DNA of 64,000 nt from Eledone cirrhosa (GCA_964016885.1 OZ024741.1:682001-746000), one strand, 5' to 3'; counted from the stretch's first letter, positions 38,570 to 54,274 are shown. Numbers and translations are program-made. The notes: a model not told the origin generated them from the sequence alone.

Positions 38570-41065
38570 GCAAAGGGGGACAATAATATCTGCTTACACA
38601 CCCCAATGTGGACTGCCTGGCGTTATTAAAGACAGATTCTATGAGTCGCTAATGCTCACTACCTCCCAACTAACCGACAGTGACAACATAATTGTTGGCG
38701 ACCTAAATGGTCATGTTGGACAACATTGTGATAGCTATGATGGAATCCATGGTGGCTACAGGTTTGGTACCAGAAATGAGGAAGGCTTTAGAATCCTGGA
38801 ATTCTGTAACTCTAATAACCTAACTATCTGTAACACAAACTTTAAAAAACCAGACAATCACTTGATCACCTATAGATCAGGGGAACATGCCAGTCAGATA
38901 GATTATATCCTTACCAGAAGATGTGAAAAAGTGTCTGTTGTAAACACTATTTCCCTCCCCCGTGAAGAATGCACCTCCCAACATAGCTCATAGTTAGTGA
39001 CCTCATAGTCAGGACGAGACGTATTCGACAACAGAGGAGGACTACCCTGAGAAGAAGAATATGAAAGTTAAATGACCCCACAGCCAGTAACAAATTTAAA
39101 AGCATATTACTTGATGCTTTTGACAGTAAAGAAGAGCAATTAGAGACATACAGTATAGAGGAACAGTGGGAATTCCTGAAAGTTAACCTGCTGAAGGCGA
39201 CAGATGAAATCTGTGGCTGGAGCAGACCAATAGGCAGGAGGAGAGTAACATGGTGGTGGAACAGTAAGGTGGAGGAGTAAATCAAGGCCAAAAAGAGAGC
39301 TTGGAAAGTATGGCGGGATGGGGGAAGCAGAAAAGACTATCAAGTGGCCAGGAGGGAAGCTAGGAGACAAGTGTACTTTGCAAGAAGGGAAGCAGAGGAA
39401 ATAAAGTTCAAGCATGTTCTACAACGCGAGGACCAAAAACGTGAGGTGTTCAGGATTGCTAGGCAATGTGTCAAGAAAAACCGTGATATTGTCGGGGAGA
39501 AGTGTGCCCGTAATGATGATGGTATACTTGTCATCACTGATACAGATAAGAAGGTAGCTTGGAAGTGTCACTACGAGAGGCTACTAAATGAGGAGAATAA
39601 GTGGGAAAAAGATAGTCTGCCCCAAATCAATCCAATTGAACTGCAAGGCCAATGCTCTAACCACTAAGCCATGTGCCTCCATGAATATAGTAAAGAATTT
39701 AGTGTAAAATTTCTTCATCGGGGCTCTGTCTTAGCCCCCTCCTATTTATTATTGCCCTTCAGGCTATAACAGAGGAGTTCCAGACCGGCTGCCCATGGGA
39801 ACTCTTATAGCTAAAATTAACCTGTCTAAGACTAAAGTTCTAGTATGGAGGAATGAAAATAGGGCACTGGTCCCATCTGGGAAATGGCCGTGTTCAGTGT
39901 GTAGGAAAGGAGTAGGCAGAAACTCCATTTTATGTCCCAAGTACGGGTGCATAAAAGATGTAGTGGGGTCACACGTAAGGTTACTAAGAATATAGATTAT
40001 ATATGTGACCAGTGCTCAGGTGCAATAAGTAGCAGCAAGTGCCCACAGAATACTAGCTCATTCCATTGCACAGATGGTTCTATAGAAATAGTGGACACCT
40101 TCCGTTACCTGGGTGACAAATTCAGCAGTGGTGGAGGGTGCTCTGAAAGTACAATAGCTAGAGTCAGAACAGGATGAAAAAAGTTCAGAGAGCTTATACC
40201 ATTATTGGCCGCTAAAGGTTTCTCTCTAAAAATGAAAGGCAGGCTGTTTGATGCCTGCATACGAACATCAATGTTGCAAGGCAGTGAGACTTGGGCATTG
40301 TGTGCAGATGATCTGCGCAGACTGGAGAGGAACGAAGCTTGCATGCTCCATTGGATGTGTAATAGTAATATACATGAACGGCAAAGCATAAATGAACTAA
40401 GTGAGAAATTAGGAATAAGAGGGATCAGATGCTGTTTACTCGAGAGAAGACTACGTTGGTATAGTAATGTGATGCACATGAAAGACGACAGCTGTATAAA
40501 AAAGTGCAGGGCGATCAAAATAGACGGTAGCCACGGAGTAGGCAGACCCAGAAAAACCTGGGACGACTTGATAAATTCCGACCTCACACACTTACACCTC
40601 TCCAAGACAATGTCACTGGACCGAGATCTTTGGCGCTACGCAGTAATACAGAAGACCCGCCTTGCCTAAGTGCAAAGCGAAACCTACAGTCAGTAGGCAC
40701 CTCTTACCAAAATACACCCCCGTCCCACTACCCTATCCCCTCACCCCCATCAACACCACCGCTTTCTCTGTAAAGTTATGTTGGTACCACAACATCCAGT
40801 CCTAAATAAATGAGGTCGTGTAGGTGTCAAGACAAAAAAACACACAGTCCACGCTGTAATGTGGCGGTGTAGGTAAGACGGTAAAAACCTCCCAGTCCAC
40901 ACTGTAAACGTGGTTGGTGTTAGGAAGGGCATCCAGCCGTAGAAAACTCGCCAGACAGTCCTATACGAGCAAGTCAACCAATCTTGCTTTAAGTGGGAAA
41001 ATTCCCGTCCAAACCCATGCTAGCGTGGAAGATGGACGTTAAACGACGATGATGATGATGATGAT
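38570..41065 (+). mobile_element. RTE LINE (PHD-in-RT family) with APE remnant, internal deletion near 39640-39720 and long 3' UTR
   Basis: GDLNGHVG, SQIDYIL, KWPCSVCRKG, FRYLG and GRPRKTW; stop at 40669 followed by UTR ending (GAT)n. Confidence 0.9.
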
Positions 41066-41212
41066 ATGTATATATGTGTGTATATATGTATATGAATATA
41101 TGTGTGTATATATATATGTGTGTATATATATATATGTATATATGTGTATATATATATGTATATATTTATGTATATATGTGTATATATATATATGTATATA
41201 TTTATGTATATA

Positions 41213-41263
<51 letters not shown>

Positions 41264-41560
41264 GTGTGTATATGTATATATGTGTGTATATATATATATG
41301 TATATATGTGTGTATATGTATATATGTGTGTGTATATATATATATATGTATATATGTGTATATATGTATATATATGTATATGTGTGTGTATATATATGTA
41401 TATGTGTGTATATATATATATGTATATGTGTGTATATATATATATGTATATATGTGTATATATATGTATATATGTGTATATATATGTATATATGTGTATA
41501 TATGTATATATGTGTATATATGTATATATGTGTATATATGTATATATGTGTGTATATATA

Positions 41561-41605
<45 letters not shown>

Positions 41606-41643
41606 ATATATGTATATATGTATGTATATATGTATGTATATGT
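41065..41643. repeat. (TA)/(TG) compound microsatellite
   Basis: Directly visible. Confidence 0.97.
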
Positions 41644-44600
41644 CAGGTTGATCTCGAGTGCTACTGGTAACATGTAACCCAGTACTACCTGTCTCATGGT
41701 CGGGTCGTCGGCGACTAAACCGGCAACCTCACCAAGCTTGCTTGGTGAGGAGGGTGATATTTGGAGACTGTGGGATGAAATACAAAGCTTGGCAAAGGGC
41801 GGAGGAACTCGGCAGAGTCAACGGCCATTAAATAGTACTTTTTTTAATTTTTTTATTTACCTGGGAGTGAAGGGCCCCCTGTTGTTGTCACAACACCTAT
41901 CTAGGAGAGGGAAACGCTGAAAAAAAAAACCTGCGGCTTTGGAAGCATTCGATGATGTTGACCAGTTCTCCTTTTCGGGTAGTGTTTTCGATGCTCAGAG
42001 AGTGGGATTGGTCGCGTGCAAGGCCTTTCCCCACTTAAAAAAACTTTAAAGCACAGGCATCGCTTGTTCTGGATCTGTTACTGGTTCGTGTGGCTAGCCA
42101 TAACCTAAAAGTGCACCAAACTCTATGATGACAGATGATAACCTTGAAGTCAATGGCAGTAAGGGCTCTGGAACTTATTGTGAATGGGTCTGGCCCGGCA
42201 GTGGTCCCATGGCACCGCAGCGTGTGTCCGGTCGTCATCCTACAACTGCAAGGAGGTTCAAACCTCTGAATATTGGATGTTGGAATGTAAGAACTTTACT
42301 GGATTCCCAGTCCAGTAAAACTCGCCCTGAAAGAAGATCTGCTTTGGTGTCGATGGAACTCGATCGCTTTAGCATGGACATCGTTGCTCTTTCAGAAACG
42401 AGATTGGCAGGTGAGAGTCAATTCACAGAACAGAAGGGTGGATATACCTTCTATTGGAGTGACGGAGCAGAGGGTTGTATGAGAGAGGCAGGGGTCGCAT
42501 TTGCAGTCAGGAATGGAATCGTCTCAAAGCTGGAAAATCTTTCTTGTTGATTCAATGATTGGATAATGTCCATGAGAGTCCCTCTGATTCAAAACCGCTT
42601 TGTGACTCTGGTCAGTGTCTACGCTCTTACTATGTGTGCTAGTGATGAAAAACTAAGTTTCTACATGTCTTTGAGAGAGGTTATCCATGGTATACCTTAT
42701 GCAGACAAGATTGCAGACAAGATTGTCATCCTTGGTGATTTTAATGCACGTGTTGGTAATGACTGGGAAGCTTGGAGCATGATGGGCAGGCATGGAGTAG
42801 GTAAGTGCAATAACAATGGCCTACTTCTGTTGCAGATATGCATTGAGATGGATCTTGTTGTTGGGAACACGCTCTTTCAGCAGAAAGACAAATATAAGAC
42901 AACTTAGATGCATCCAGGTTCCAAGAAGTGGCACCTTATTGACTTCGTTTTAACGAGAAAACGTGATGTCAGGGATATCACATTGGTTCGTGTATTGCGA
43001 GACACGGAATGTTGGACTGATCATCGTTTGGTGCGCACCAAGTTTCAATTTGTTGTGAAGCCCAAAGTAAGGGGGAAGAAGGTTGCACTCCCAAAACAAC
43101 TAAACATGGCTTGTCTGAAAACAGAGAAAGTCAGAGCTGAGCTGTCGAGGTCCCTTGAGTCCATGGAATGTGAAAACACTTGGGAATCATTGAAGAAAAC
43201 CTTCTATGATGTTAGTGCTGGGGTTTTGGGTCATACCAATAGAAAGCATAAAGACTGGTTCGATGAAAATGATCCAGTGATCCAGACCTTGCTTGAAGAG
43301 AAACAAAAAGTGCTGAAATCATTGTTGAGTGAGACACGTTCTGACAGGAGTGACTGGACCTTCAGGCAGATCAAGGCACGTGTGCAACATCGATTGAGAG
43401 CCATGAAGGATACGCCTCGCTGATCTCTTTGTGAATGTTTGGAATGAAGAAGATGTGCCACAGGATTGGAAAGATGCACTGATGGTGGTACTTTACAAAG
43501 GAAAGGGAGCCAAAGATGACTGTGGAAACTACAGAGGTATTTCACTGCTATCTGTGGCTGGCAAGATCTTGTGCAGGATATTGTTGGACAGATTGATACA
43601 GCACATTGCTGTTGAGGTACTTCCTGAGTCCCAATGTGGCTTTAGGAATGGCAAAGGCACTGTTGGCATGATCTTCTCGGCCAAGCAACTTCAAGAGAAA
43701 TGCATTGAGCAGCCAATAGAAGTTTTTGTCGATCTGACCAATGCATTTGACACCGTTAATCGGAAGGCTTTGTGGGTTATTTTACAGAGATTGGGCTATC
43801 CTGAAAAGTTTGTGAACATTCTGAAACTCTTCCACGATGACATGTAGGCATGGGTGAATGTTGGAGGTAAACTGTCTGAGCCAGTCTCGGTTGAAAATGG
43901 TTTCAAGCAGGGTAATATACCTGCACCAACTTTGTTTGCCTTGTATTTTGCGATGGTGTTCTTCATGGCCTTCAAGAATTGTCAACACGGTATCTATCTC
44001 AGATATCGCACTTCCGGCAAGCTGTTTAACCTTAGGCGTCTCACTGCCAACACTAAGGTACTGAGTACCTTCATCGGAGAATTTTTATATGCAGATGATT
44101 GTGATCTCTTTGCACACTCCCAGAGTGTCATGCAACACCTTATGGATTCTTTTTCCAATGCGTGCAGTGCTTTGGGATAGACAATCAGTCTGAAGAAGAC
44201 TGTCGTCATGTACCAACCTGCTCCGGATAAAGTTTTCAATGAACCCTCCATACACGTATACGGTCAAAAGCTGAAGGCTGCTTACAAACGGAATATCCAC
44301 AGACTGTAACGGTTTCACCAGCAGTGTCTCAGAAAGATCCTCGGTATCAAGTGGCAGATGCATGTGAGTGATGTTGAGGTCCTTGAGAGAAGTGAGTGTC
44401 GGAGCATTGAGAGTATCATCCACCAACAGTGTTTGCGATGGACCGGACACCTCTGCAGAATGGAGGATGATCGAATCCCAAAACAACACTTGTATGGCGA
44501 GCTTTGTGAGGGTAAGAGACCACGTCACAAGCCAAAGCTCCGAATCAAGGATTGTGTAAAGGACTCGTTGAAAAAAACTGGTTTGATGATGGCTGACTGG

Positions 44601-45034
44601 GAGATAGAAACTCTTGAAAGAGAAACTTGGCGTGGAATGGTGAATGAGGGGGTCCATAATTTTGAGGACAGACGCATAGAGCAAGAAAAGATCAAAAGGG
44701 ATGTGCGTAAGCAATGCCCAGGTCTATCTCTCGAAACTATCGGTGTCTCCATTGAATTGAAGTGCCCTGTATGTGGAAAAATGTGCTTGAGCAAATCTGG
44801 TCTCAGGAGCCACAGTCGCAGCCATGTTCAAAGAGAACCAGTGAAGTATGATCTCCACGTGTTGTGAGGGTTCACGGGCAACCTGATGCAGGACCTCAAG
44901 CCAGGGAGATCCATAGTTGTCGTCAGTGTGTGAACGAGTGCAAGTCTCTAGCAGGCTTGAAAAGCCATATCTAAGCGTCCCATATCTAAATCTGACAAGC
45001 GATTGCAATACTCTTGGCAGAGTTTGCAGCCATC

Positions 45035-45035
<1 letters not shown>
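41644..45035 (+). mobile_element. RTE-BovB-like LINE (APE + RT + C-terminal C2H2 fingers), pseudogenised, two internal deletions
   Basis: LNIGCWNVRTL, DIVALSETR, ILGDFNARVG, WHLIDFV, PESQCGFR, FLYADD and CPVCGKMCLSKSGLRSHSRSH. Confidence 0.92.
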
Positions 45036-45067
<32 letters not shown>

Positions 45068-45125
45068 TATGTATGTATATATCAAAATGAAAATCCGAAG
45101 GCAAGGTAAAATTCCAATCATTTAA

Positions 45126-45199
45126 TCACGACATATGTTTCAATAAGAGATAGATCGATTGTGAAGCCATGATCGATTATCACTGATCTCATCAGTATG
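45126..45199 (-). ncRNA. Hammerhead ribozyme motif (degenerate helix I)
   Basis: Minus strand: CTGATGA, long helix II (GATCAGTGATAATCGAT../..ATCGATCTATCTCTTATT), then GAAAC-ATAT-GTC. Confidence 0.55.
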
Positions 45200-45268
45200 T
45201 ATCATCATCATCATCACCGTTTTACGTCTGTTCAGCCACGCTAGCATGGGTATATATTTGTATATATG

Positions 45269-45355
<87 letters not shown>

Positions 45356-45695
45356 ATATATATTTGTATAGTAATAATAATAAATTTGAAGACTAAAATC
45401 CAAAGAGGGCTCGATAAGGATAAATATATATCAAATATATAAGAACCGTAGAGCAAATATGTCCAAGTTGGCGTTCAGCCAATGTATCGCACCGCATAGA
45501 ACTGTACCACAGCAAATACAAATCGTGATGGCAATCCAGTCACACACAGATAAAAGTGCACACAGGAAACTCTGGTTCCAGAATCACATATGGCAGAATG
45601 AGCATATAATGTTATAATAATAGACGGGTTTATTATAGTGAGTGCAAGTTTCTGTAGGATATATAGATGTATATAGAAGGGACAAATCACAACCA

Positions 45696-47010
<1,315 letters not shown>

Positions 47011-47014
47011 TATA

Positions 47015-47458
47015 TCATCATCATCATCACCGTTTTACGTCCGTTCTTCCACGCTAGCATGGGTTAGACGGGTTGTCCTGTTGTGGGTAGTGTCTGGTCG
47101 GCTGACCATGCCTTGCTCATACAGGAACTGATTTGGCTTGATTTCTACAGCTGGATGCCCTTCCTAACAGCAACCTCATTTACAGTGAGTGCTGGGTGCT
47201 TTTTCATGGCGCCTACATGTCCACTTTACAGTGTGGGCTGGGTGCTTTTTTTGCCGTGGCACCTCCACGACCACCTTGCAGTGGGGGGTGTGGGGGCATA
47301 TTGTCTATATGCTTCAGCTTGTACCCATGGGAGGCCGGGTACTCTGTATTACTGCGTGACTCCAGAGGTCACAGTCGTGTGTCATCGCCTTTGAGAGGTG
47401 TAATTGGGTAAGGTCGGCTTTTATCACCTCATCCCAGGTCATCTTGGGTCTCCAGCCA
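47015..47458 (-). mobile_element. 5'-truncated RTE LINE (ORF C-terminus plus 3' UTR)
   Basis: RPKMTWDEVIKADLTQLHLSKAMT..DLWSHAVIQSTRP then the UTR module and (GAT)n tail. Confidence 0.85.
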
Positions 47459-47471
47459 TATATATATATAT

Positions 47472-48215
47472 ATACCAGTGTCCTTGGCTGTGGAGGGCAG
47501 CTCTCCTAGTAGAGCCCTAAAATGGTCCAGCCTTTTCCTATCCTCTGGCTCTGTTCCCTGGATCTGACTTGAACAGCTTCTCTTCCTCCGTGTGATCTCA
47601 TTGATGATCATCCAACACTCCTTACATTCAGACCTATCAACCGCTCTCTCCACACTTCTGATCTTCTCTATCAGTGCCTCCTCTCTGGCGTCAGTATAAG
47701 TGGTACAGAGTTCTTCCCTCATCACCTCCACATTCTCCTTCCTCTCCTCCATAGGATCAGCATAGAATTGGTCCTTGGCAGCTTTCATTGTTCTCTGGCT
47801 GCAGACACTGTTGAGTCTGCAGAGCTGATATGCTTCCTCTTGTTCTTTCTCCTCGGCAGCAGGGTCTCACTTGCTTCCACCACTGCATTGGTGAAGTACC
47901 CGTACCTCTTCGTCACAATCTCCACACAGAGCATTGAACCTGTTGCTCACTTCTACTGTGAACCTCTCCTGTAGCTTATCTTCCTTGAAAGCTCACCAGT
48001 CATAGATTGCTCTCCGGGGCTAAGCCTTGCTCTTTCTTAAGCTCACCCGGACCTCACTCATAACAAGCCACTGCCCCAGCGTACTGAAATAGTTGTATAG
48101 TTCTGTGTTCAGAACACTATTCTGCCACTTTTTCCTCACCAGAATGAAATCAATCTGGGACTTGGACAGGTGCATATCTGAGATGTAGGTCCACATCTTC
48201 CCCGGATTCATCCTA
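47472..48215 (-). mobile_element. RTE-group LINE fragment (end of APE domain plus linker)
   Basis: GKMWTY..KSQIDFILVRKKWQNSV, W.IINEIT.RK and DHFRALLG. Confidence 0.8.
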
Positions 48216-49434
48216 ACCCTTAGGTTGGTTGCTTGCTATCAAGTTGGCCTGCACAGGCTGTCTCCCAGTACTCTTCCATTTCGGTTGGTGTTGTTAGGGA
48301 ATTACCAGCGAATTACCAAAAGTATAAACAATTATTTGTTTCTAAGTTGTTCAATAAAGAAATATATCTATCTATCTACCTACATATCTATTTATCTATC
48401 TCAAAACCTTTTGCAACGTCTATCTTGAGATGTCACACACTCTCTTCCTCCATATGATGTTTATGTTTGCCATGGGAAATAATTACATGATTGACTTTAT
48501 GACACACGTGCGTACACACCCAATATGGGGGGGGGGGTTCATTGAAAACTTTATCCAGGGCAGGTTGGTACATGACGACAGTCTTCTTCAGACTGATTGT
48601 ATATATATATATATATATATACATCACAAGCAGTTGTTACTTAATTTGCATCCAGTGAATGCGAGTGTCATATATGTGTCTTTTTTGGTCCCGTTAAGCT
48701 CATATGTGTGTGTGTCTGTGTGTGTGTCTGTGTGTGTATATGTGTGTGTGTCTGTGGGTGTCAATAGGTAAATAAAATCCAAGCTATCTCCTCTCCAAAA
48801 CTCCAATATTATCAGACGTTGTAACAACTCAGCAGTAGTAGTATAAATATATAAATTGCAACAACAACAATAACAATTTCATTTTTACTTTAGCTGAGCT
48901 ATCCGGTGATACCCGGGTATTTTATGAAAGTTACAATATATTTGGCACACATTACAAAATATTTGACCATTCAAATATGATTGCTGAATTTTAACCAAAG
49001 TATAGCAGAATATTTATTGCCGTTTGGTCAAAGTAAATCATCTAGATAAAAATATTAGTTTTTTCCAGTGGTGATTTTTTGAATACTGCTCCCTATTACA
49101 GTCAGCATATATAATACTTTACTCATAGATGAATCATCAGGTATGTTGTCAGTGAAAAGGGCATGACCCCAAAAATACATTTAGATTTTTTTTTATTTAT
49201 CCTATTTTTTCTTTCTTTTTTTTTTTTTTCTTTGCTCAATCTGAACCTCTGAAATTCAAACAACATGTAAAGACTATTTTAAAAAACCATAAATAAAATA
49301 AGAAAATAAATTTATCATTGGTTTATGATTGAATGAAGCGTTTACTACTCATTTCTGTAATTCAGGGAAAGGTGGGATTTGAAGGAAATTTGGCTGCTAT
49401 TTCTACCCAACAAAGTCCTCACTTGTACTACTTC

Positions 49435-52400
49435 ATATAGCAGAGGTACCCGGGAATGCCTGCATATTCTTCCAAAGTAACACCATGCAGTAAATTTGCA
49501 GCTTCAGAATTCCTTGCAAACTACATGACTAAGGAATTAGGATCTGTGTGTATTGTCATTGAATGAGGTATTACGACATTGCTCATTCCAAAGCCTCTGG
49601 ATAAACAACATTCTTGGTTTTGCCCTGTGGTGTCACAATGAAGAGACAATCAGGGTTCCAACCCTTGTTGTGCCAACATAGAGGTGACCGTGTGAAAAGG
49701 CAGGATCTGCCAGATTCAACCCTAAATTCAGTTGGATAGTTTACAACCTGGTCTTGAGAAGTTATTGTGTCAACTGATTTGTAGCATATTTTCTCTCCCG
49801 GTAACATCTCCAGCAGCCTTCTGTTGATTTCTTTCAAAGCAACATTTTTAGGTGCTAAGATTGCTCGTTCACAGAGCCATTTCGGATCACATTGCCTGGT
49901 CTGAATGTTTGGAAACACTCTGGCAATCAGTTCTTGTTCTGTGTCAATGATATGGCCAAATGACAACTGAATATGGTCATTGGAGTCCTTTTCAAGAAGT
50001 CAATTTCCTAATTTAAGTAGTTGGATGGCAAACTCACTGACACCTTCGTCACCAGTTAAGTGCACTCGCATGTTGGTTGTAAGGTTCAGCAGCTGAAAGT
50101 GGGGTCAGATATAGGATGTTTTCAGACAGGCATTGATCAGCTCGAGTCCCTCGAAGAATTACAGGCAGAGTTTGTCTGAAATCACCAGCAAGAACCATTG
50201 TCACTCCTCCCATTATGCAACTATTTTCTCTCAGATCCCTTATCGTCCGGTCGAAAGCTTCAATTTCTCCTTTATGGCACATAGTAGCTTCATCCCAAAT
50301 TATCATCTTGCATGTTTGCAGAAGCTTGCCCTTGGGTGAGTTCTTGATGTTGCAAAAAGATTGTTCATGCCGTGTGAGATCTATGGGCAGCTTAAACATG
50401 GAGTGTGCAGTTCTTCCTCTATCCAGAAGTCTTGCTGCAATGCCACTTGAGGCCACAGCAAGGGCAATATGTGGCTTTTGGCAAACTTTTGCAAGCAGGA
50501 GGTTTATGAGGAATGTCTTGCCTGTGCCAGCAGGAGCATCGATGAAGAAAAGACCTCCCCTGTCATTTTGAATGTTTACAATGATGTGGTAGGCGTATTT
50601 CTGGTCATCCATCAAACAAAGTTCATTTTAATCCACAAACGTACGCAATGCTTGAATATCGTAGTTTGTCTCCTGAAAAATGTCTTGTGCTACCCCCATT
50701 TCTTCATCTGGCTCTGGCATGCCGCAGTTAGCTAATGTGCTATTCATTGCCTGAACTCGATGGGACAGGTCACAGTGAGCTTGATTGTAAATCCTGGGGG
50801 TATATTCCAAATACATATTGCCATGATGTCTTCAGGCTAGGTGTAGATAGTTGTCCGACATATTGTTTTTGTACTCCTGCCAGAGTAGATGAACTTCATC
50901 AAATTCCACATGCTGTGAGCATAATAGCAAATAATTGTCTTATTTCACTGGCTACTTGAGTGATTGCTGCTTCTTCTAGGCACTTTTTCCAGTGTCCATT
51001 GTCATGCAGGAGTCCATGCTGTTTACATGCTTCTTGGTATGTTGCGCACTCCCTGCCTCTGAAGCACCTAAGATCCTCCAATGATCTTGGTCCTCGAACA
51101 GTATGCAGAAGTAGCCATAAATAAAAACATTCTCTGTTGTTGGGATGGACATTGTCAACACGCCCAATAGCATCACTTGACTTGACTTCATGACCTTCCA
51201 CTAAATAACCCTGCTTTCTTCGATTGCAGGCCTTGCAATTGGTCCAGGTGAAATTTGTTGGGACTTCAGCATATAGGAGGGATCGAGCAAATTCATCATT
51301 CTGGCAGAGTTTAAAGAAAGCAGTTAGTGTAGTGTCATGTGATGCTTGTGCCAACTGATGAGCAGTGATATCAGTGAAGTACACTCTCTGTCCATTTTCC
51401 AGATGGACTGCGAAGTTGACTACTGTTGGGTGGCGTTGGTGGATATCAAATCCAAAGATTCGCCAGATAGCTTCATTGCTGGAGATGTATCGACCTGTTT
51501 GATACCGTTTCACCTCATCCAGCCCACCATCATTGAGTTCTTTGTCAGTAATAAAGGTAGCCATGTCACTGCCCTTGTTGATATATTTTGTGACATATAG
51601 GATCGCCTTGACGGAGCTGCAATACTCAACATTGATATGAGCTTTTAAAAGTTTACACAACAATTTGTTGTGTGGGACGACCCACTGATTGTTTATGGTC
51701 AGCTCCTCTCCTCGAACTGTTAGGCTTGCAGTATTGCCTCCATGTTCTGGTCTATGCCTACGATAAAGGGGGTATCCATTATTGTCAGTCCGAGTTTCCC
51801 GAATAAAAGCTCTAGGATAATGTTTGCTGCATTTTTGATCTTTCATGCAGGGTGAGGCTGGATTGATGACTCCACATGGACCATGAATGAGTTTGGACTT
51901 GATGGTTTCAAAGAGCTCTGGATCACCACCTTTATCAGGCAACTCTGCTAAAATGATCTTATCAACATCATCTGGTCTTATCTTCTCCTTGCACCAGATT
52001 AATGTGTGAGAGTGAGGATACCTCTCTCTTCTGCCACTCAATAGTGGTCATCCAAGCACTAAGCTCACCAAAGATTCTTCCGTCTTTTAGGAGCCAGATG
52101 AGTTTTTTTTTGCTTTTCATGGAAAACCCGAGCAATGAAGTCATGTCGATCCTTTGGTTTTTGATATTGAAATAATTCATTTGATGTTTCTAACCAGTTT
52201 GAATTGCATGTAAATGTAATGAAGAGATCTGGCCGACCAAATTTTCTGACATAGGCCATTGCATCTTGCGTACGTTCATGCATGTAATGTGATCCTCCCA
52301 TGAAGCTTGATGGTAGTATGACTGGCTGGCCAATATTTCTTGGGTCAACATCAGAATTGATGGCATCTCTAAAGTGGATGTAGTTATCTGACCTCAACTT

Positions 52401-53915
52401 AGTTTGATTCCTTCGCAGAAAACCCATTTCAATTTTGTCATACATGTCCACATTGAAGTGGCTGGTTACTTCTTTGAATCGCAGAACTTGGTTGAAGTGA
52501 TCACGTACCATGAAATGATAAGCATAGAATTCTTTGCAGCTGATTGATCGGCCAGTTTCTTGTCCCGTTCCTGGGCTGATCTGCCGTAGCTGAAAATGAT
52601 ATCCATCTTGACCATTCCAAAAGATGAGCGGATATTGGAGTGAATCATAGGCTCTATGAGTTTCACAAATTTGTTCCAAATGTCCACTTCGTTTTTGCAA
52701 AACAATGTCACGTCATTCATGCTGTTCATCAACCATTATGAAGGCGGTGGATTAGCAGTATCGGTAGAGGGTCGGACGCCATGCTTTCCAGCATAGTTAC
52801 GTCCCTTTACGATCTGAGTTCAAATCCCGCCGAGGTTGACTTTTCCTTTCATCCTTACGGGGTCGATAAAATAAAGTACCAGTAATGCACTGGGTAATTG
52901 CTGGCCTTGTGCCTAAAGTAAAAACAATTATGATTGCAACTTCATCAGTGACAGGTGCATTGAATCTGCATTCATGTTCTGAAGCTGGGCATTTGTCTGC
53001 CCTAGTGATGATTTTACGATCTCTGGTGTTGATCATATGCTCCAGTGCATATTTAAATACACTGACGTTCATGTGATGTTGGTGAAGCATTTCTTGTAAC
53101 TTTATGACTATGTAGAACTGCAATCCACCATAGACATTGGTACATCTTTGTTGTGACTGTGTTTCATTTCCACCCATCAAGTAAACCTGCACAAATTTGT
53201 GAGGCTCCTGTGAAAGTGGCAGAAGGCCACCCATTAAGTGGTAACACTGTCCCTGAATTTTATAAGTTGTACAGAATCTAAAGTCAGTCACATTCCTGTC
53301 AACCTCAAAAGATGTCATTTGAAAGGCAGCATTATATTTTATGATGTATTTATTGAAGTGTCGTGCTTCTGGTGTATGCTGAAGGAGTAGATTCTTCAGA
53401 AATTCAGGAGGTTCTTGTATTGTTTTAAGGCCCACTTTGCCTTTTGTGCAGCATAGACTTGGCGTTTCTGCTGCCCACTTCTTGGCACCACAATACTGGC
53501 AGCATTTGTTCATTTTCCCAATGTTCTTTTGCGGATTACTGCTGTAGTCCTTTTGGGGGTCATCAGAAAAATCCCCCATCAGCCAGTTTATTCTACTTGT
53601 GGCTTGTTCTCCTGCTCAGGCAGTAGAACGATGTGCTTGATTAACATTTCGTCTGATTTGCTGCTGTTCCTTAATTTGTTGTTCTCGAGTAGCAGCAGTC
53701 CTTTGTTCCCTTTCATCCAAACTGTGTGCTCTTGCTAAAGCTGTTTGGGCTCTGTTAGCAGCTAGACGGGCATGCCGAACTTCTTCACTTTCTTCAGATC
53801 GCTCTATTTTCTTTCTCTTAACCTCTGAAGATGACCTTCCATATAATGATCTGGAAGGTTACCGGTATGACAAAAGGCTCAATGCAAGTTTTCAAGTGTT
53901 TTACAGAGCCGAGAT
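49435..53915 (-). mobile_element. Helitron RepHel pseudogene, copy B
   Basis: Zn cluster CQYCGAKKW..LCC; PDLFITFTCN; HUH PHSH; YVTKYINKGSD; Walker A APAGTGKT; frameshifted. Confidence 0.95.
52742..52926 (+). mobile_element. tRNA-derived SINE (family A), full length, inserted in Helitron copy B only
   Basis: Empty site in copy A near 29782; TSD ATTATGA at 52735-52741 and 52927-52933. Confidence 0.92.
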
Positions 53916-53916
53916 A

Positions 53917-54274
53917 CAAAGTGTTAAAATGATCAAATTTTAGTTTAGAACATTTATTTCTTCCAGAGGGAAGTCTGGAATCATCGGAGCATAAGGAATG
54001 TTGAAACATTGCTTATAACTTTTATGCCTGTGTTTTTTTTGCTTGTGCTTTTTACTTATACCTATTACACTTCCAACCAGTGCTGCCTGTAATTGTGTTC
54101 TTTCAAGCAGAACATCTTTTTAACTCCTGATTCTCCACATGATGCCTTTGACACTAATAACAATTATGTATCTTAAATGTTCTGAATGATAGGATTTTAG
54201 TAACATGTTTCTGGAAGAAACAATTGTCAGCAAATAAATGTTCTAAACTAAAATTTGATCGTTTTAACACTTTG
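53917..54274. mobile_element. Tc1/mariner-type MITE, copy B
   Basis: Same TIRs and TA flanks as 30772-31162. Confidence 0.75.

Noticed and set aside
41020-41697. Long Tyr/Ile/His or Cys/Val ORFs (also 25027-25334, 31022-31615, 58549-59119)
   Set aside because: Dinucleotide microsatellite translations.
49100-49145. Minus-strand CTGATGA followed by a small hairpin
   Set aside because: No GAAA box or cleavage helix.
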